Source: Clostridia bacterium
GTDB taxonomy: Bacteria; Bacillota; Clostridia; Christensenellales; CAG-917
DNA: 64,000 nucleotides
Direction of reading: 5' to 3'
Assembly (NCBI GenBank): GCA_017461985.1
Contig: JAFTSA010000007.1
Location: 2,250 to 66,249, forward strand
Both the position numbers and the translations under genes were made by a program. Below the pieces are notes generated by a model, which made no database searches, had not been told where the DNA came from, and saw nothing but the letters and a program-made list of their open reading frames with translations. Below are positions 62,925 through 64,000 of this stretch, in pieces; within the stretch, counting starts at the first letter, position 1, and each line of letters starts with the position of its first letter.

Positions 62925-64000
62925 ATGATTGGAAAAGAAGAATTTTGGCTGGACGCCAAGAACGAATTATCAAAAATAATGCAAACAATAAGCTACGACG
63001 TTTGGATTGACAAGTTGGAGCCTCTTTGCTTTATAGACGACACTTTTGTGCTTGTCACTCTTACTGCATCTTCAAAACGCACCATTGACGAAAGATATCT
63101 TGACACAATCACTGGTGTGGTCAACTCACTCAACAAGTCTGTATCTAAGGTTGAAGTCATCACCCCAGACAAAAAGCAAGAGTATCTCCAAAAGCAAACG
63201 GATTTCTTGCCCGGTGGCGGAATCATCGTAGACAACAAAAAGAAAACCGCAGAAGTGAAGACAAAAAATCCTTTTGTGGACAGATACACCTTTGAAAACT
63301 TTGTCATGGGCAAGTCCAACACCTACGCTCTCATGGCAGCAAAAACCGTGGCAGAAAACGCAGGTGGCAAATATAACCCCCTCTTTATATACAGCGGTGT
63401 CGGTCTTGGCAAAACCCACCTTCTTCACGCAATAGGCAACTATCTCAGAAAGGAATCTCCAAAGACAAAAGTTGTCTACGTCAACAGCGAACAAATGGTC
63501 AGTGAATTTGTGCAAATGAGCATGAAGAGAAGCAACACTGAAAGCAACCAATTCCGTGAAAAATATCGTTCATGTGACGTGCTTATGGTGGATGACGTTC
63601 AATTCCTTGCAAAGAGAGAGCAAACACAAGAAGCCCTTTTCCATATCTTCAACGACCTCTATCAAGCCAACAAGCAAATCATCTTGACCTCAGACCGCTC
63701 ACCTAAGGAACTTGTCACCCTTGAAGAGCGTCTGCGCACCCGCTTTGCTTGGGGACTTACAGTGGACATCAACGTGCCTGACACCGAAACAAGGATTGCA
63801 ATCCTCAGGACAAAGGCAGCCCAAGAGAAATTCCGCCTCAGTGACGAAGTGGCAACCTTCATTGCAGAAAACTGCACCTCAAACATCCGTGAGATGGAAG
63901 GATTGTTGAACAAAATCATCTTTTTCAGCTCACTGACAAACCACGTCATAGACACAACAGAGATGGCAAGAGAAGCCCTCCAAGACTTCATTGAAGAAAA
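62925..64000 (+). CDS. dnaA: Chromosomal replication initiator DnaA, 3' end outside window
   Basis: Hand translation MIGKEEFW...YTFENFV.GKSN...YNPLFIYSGVGLGKTHL...DDVQFL...RLRTRFAWG. Confidence 0.97.
   Translation, partial: MIGKEEFWLDAKNELSKIMQTISYDVWIDKLEPLCFIDDTFVLVTLTASSKRTIDERYLDTITGVVNSLNKSVSKVEVITPDKKQEYLQKQTDFLPGGGIIVDNKKKTAEVKTKNPFVDRYTFENFVMGKSNTYALMAAKTVAENAGGKYNPLFIYSGVGLGKTHLLHAIGNYLRKESPKTKVVYVNSEQMVSEFVQMSMKRSNTESNQFREKYRSCDVLMVDDVQFLAKREQTQEALFHIFNDLYQANKQIILTSDRSPKELVTLEERLRTRFAWGLTVDINVPDTETRIAILRTKAAQEKFRLSDEVATFIAENCTSNIREMEGLLNKIIFFSSLTNHVIDTTEMAREALQDFIEE

Overview
Chromosomal origin region of a Clostridia-like (Bacillota) bacterium. The left edge (1-~1870) is AT-rich accessory DNA carrying a partial BcgI-like restriction-modification gene and an AbrB-type regulator. 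It is followed by an oxidoreductase pair and a complete lipoprotein-based starch/maltodextrin locus (malQ, pullulanase, SusE/F-like lipoprotein, ABC transporter, amylase). Next come housekeeping genes (aspS-asnA-asnS, trxB, glmM, mnmG-mnmE-jag-yidC-yidD-rnpA-rpmH, argS, ychF, uppP, gyrA-gyrB), a parS cluster, luxS/mtnN, rsmG and parB, then dnaN and dnaA in a scrambled order. The most striking unexplained structure is an element made of two inverted arrays of a 7-nt linker (GTKATAT / ATATMAC) alternating with sequence-variable mini-hairpins. One copy encloses a four-helix-bundle (23S rRNA IVP / Avd-like) gene (21846-22475) and a second copy is empty (18960-19220). The window also holds a ~300-nt covarying structured repeat in two copies, a stop-codon-anchored palindromic element and a candidate sRNA.
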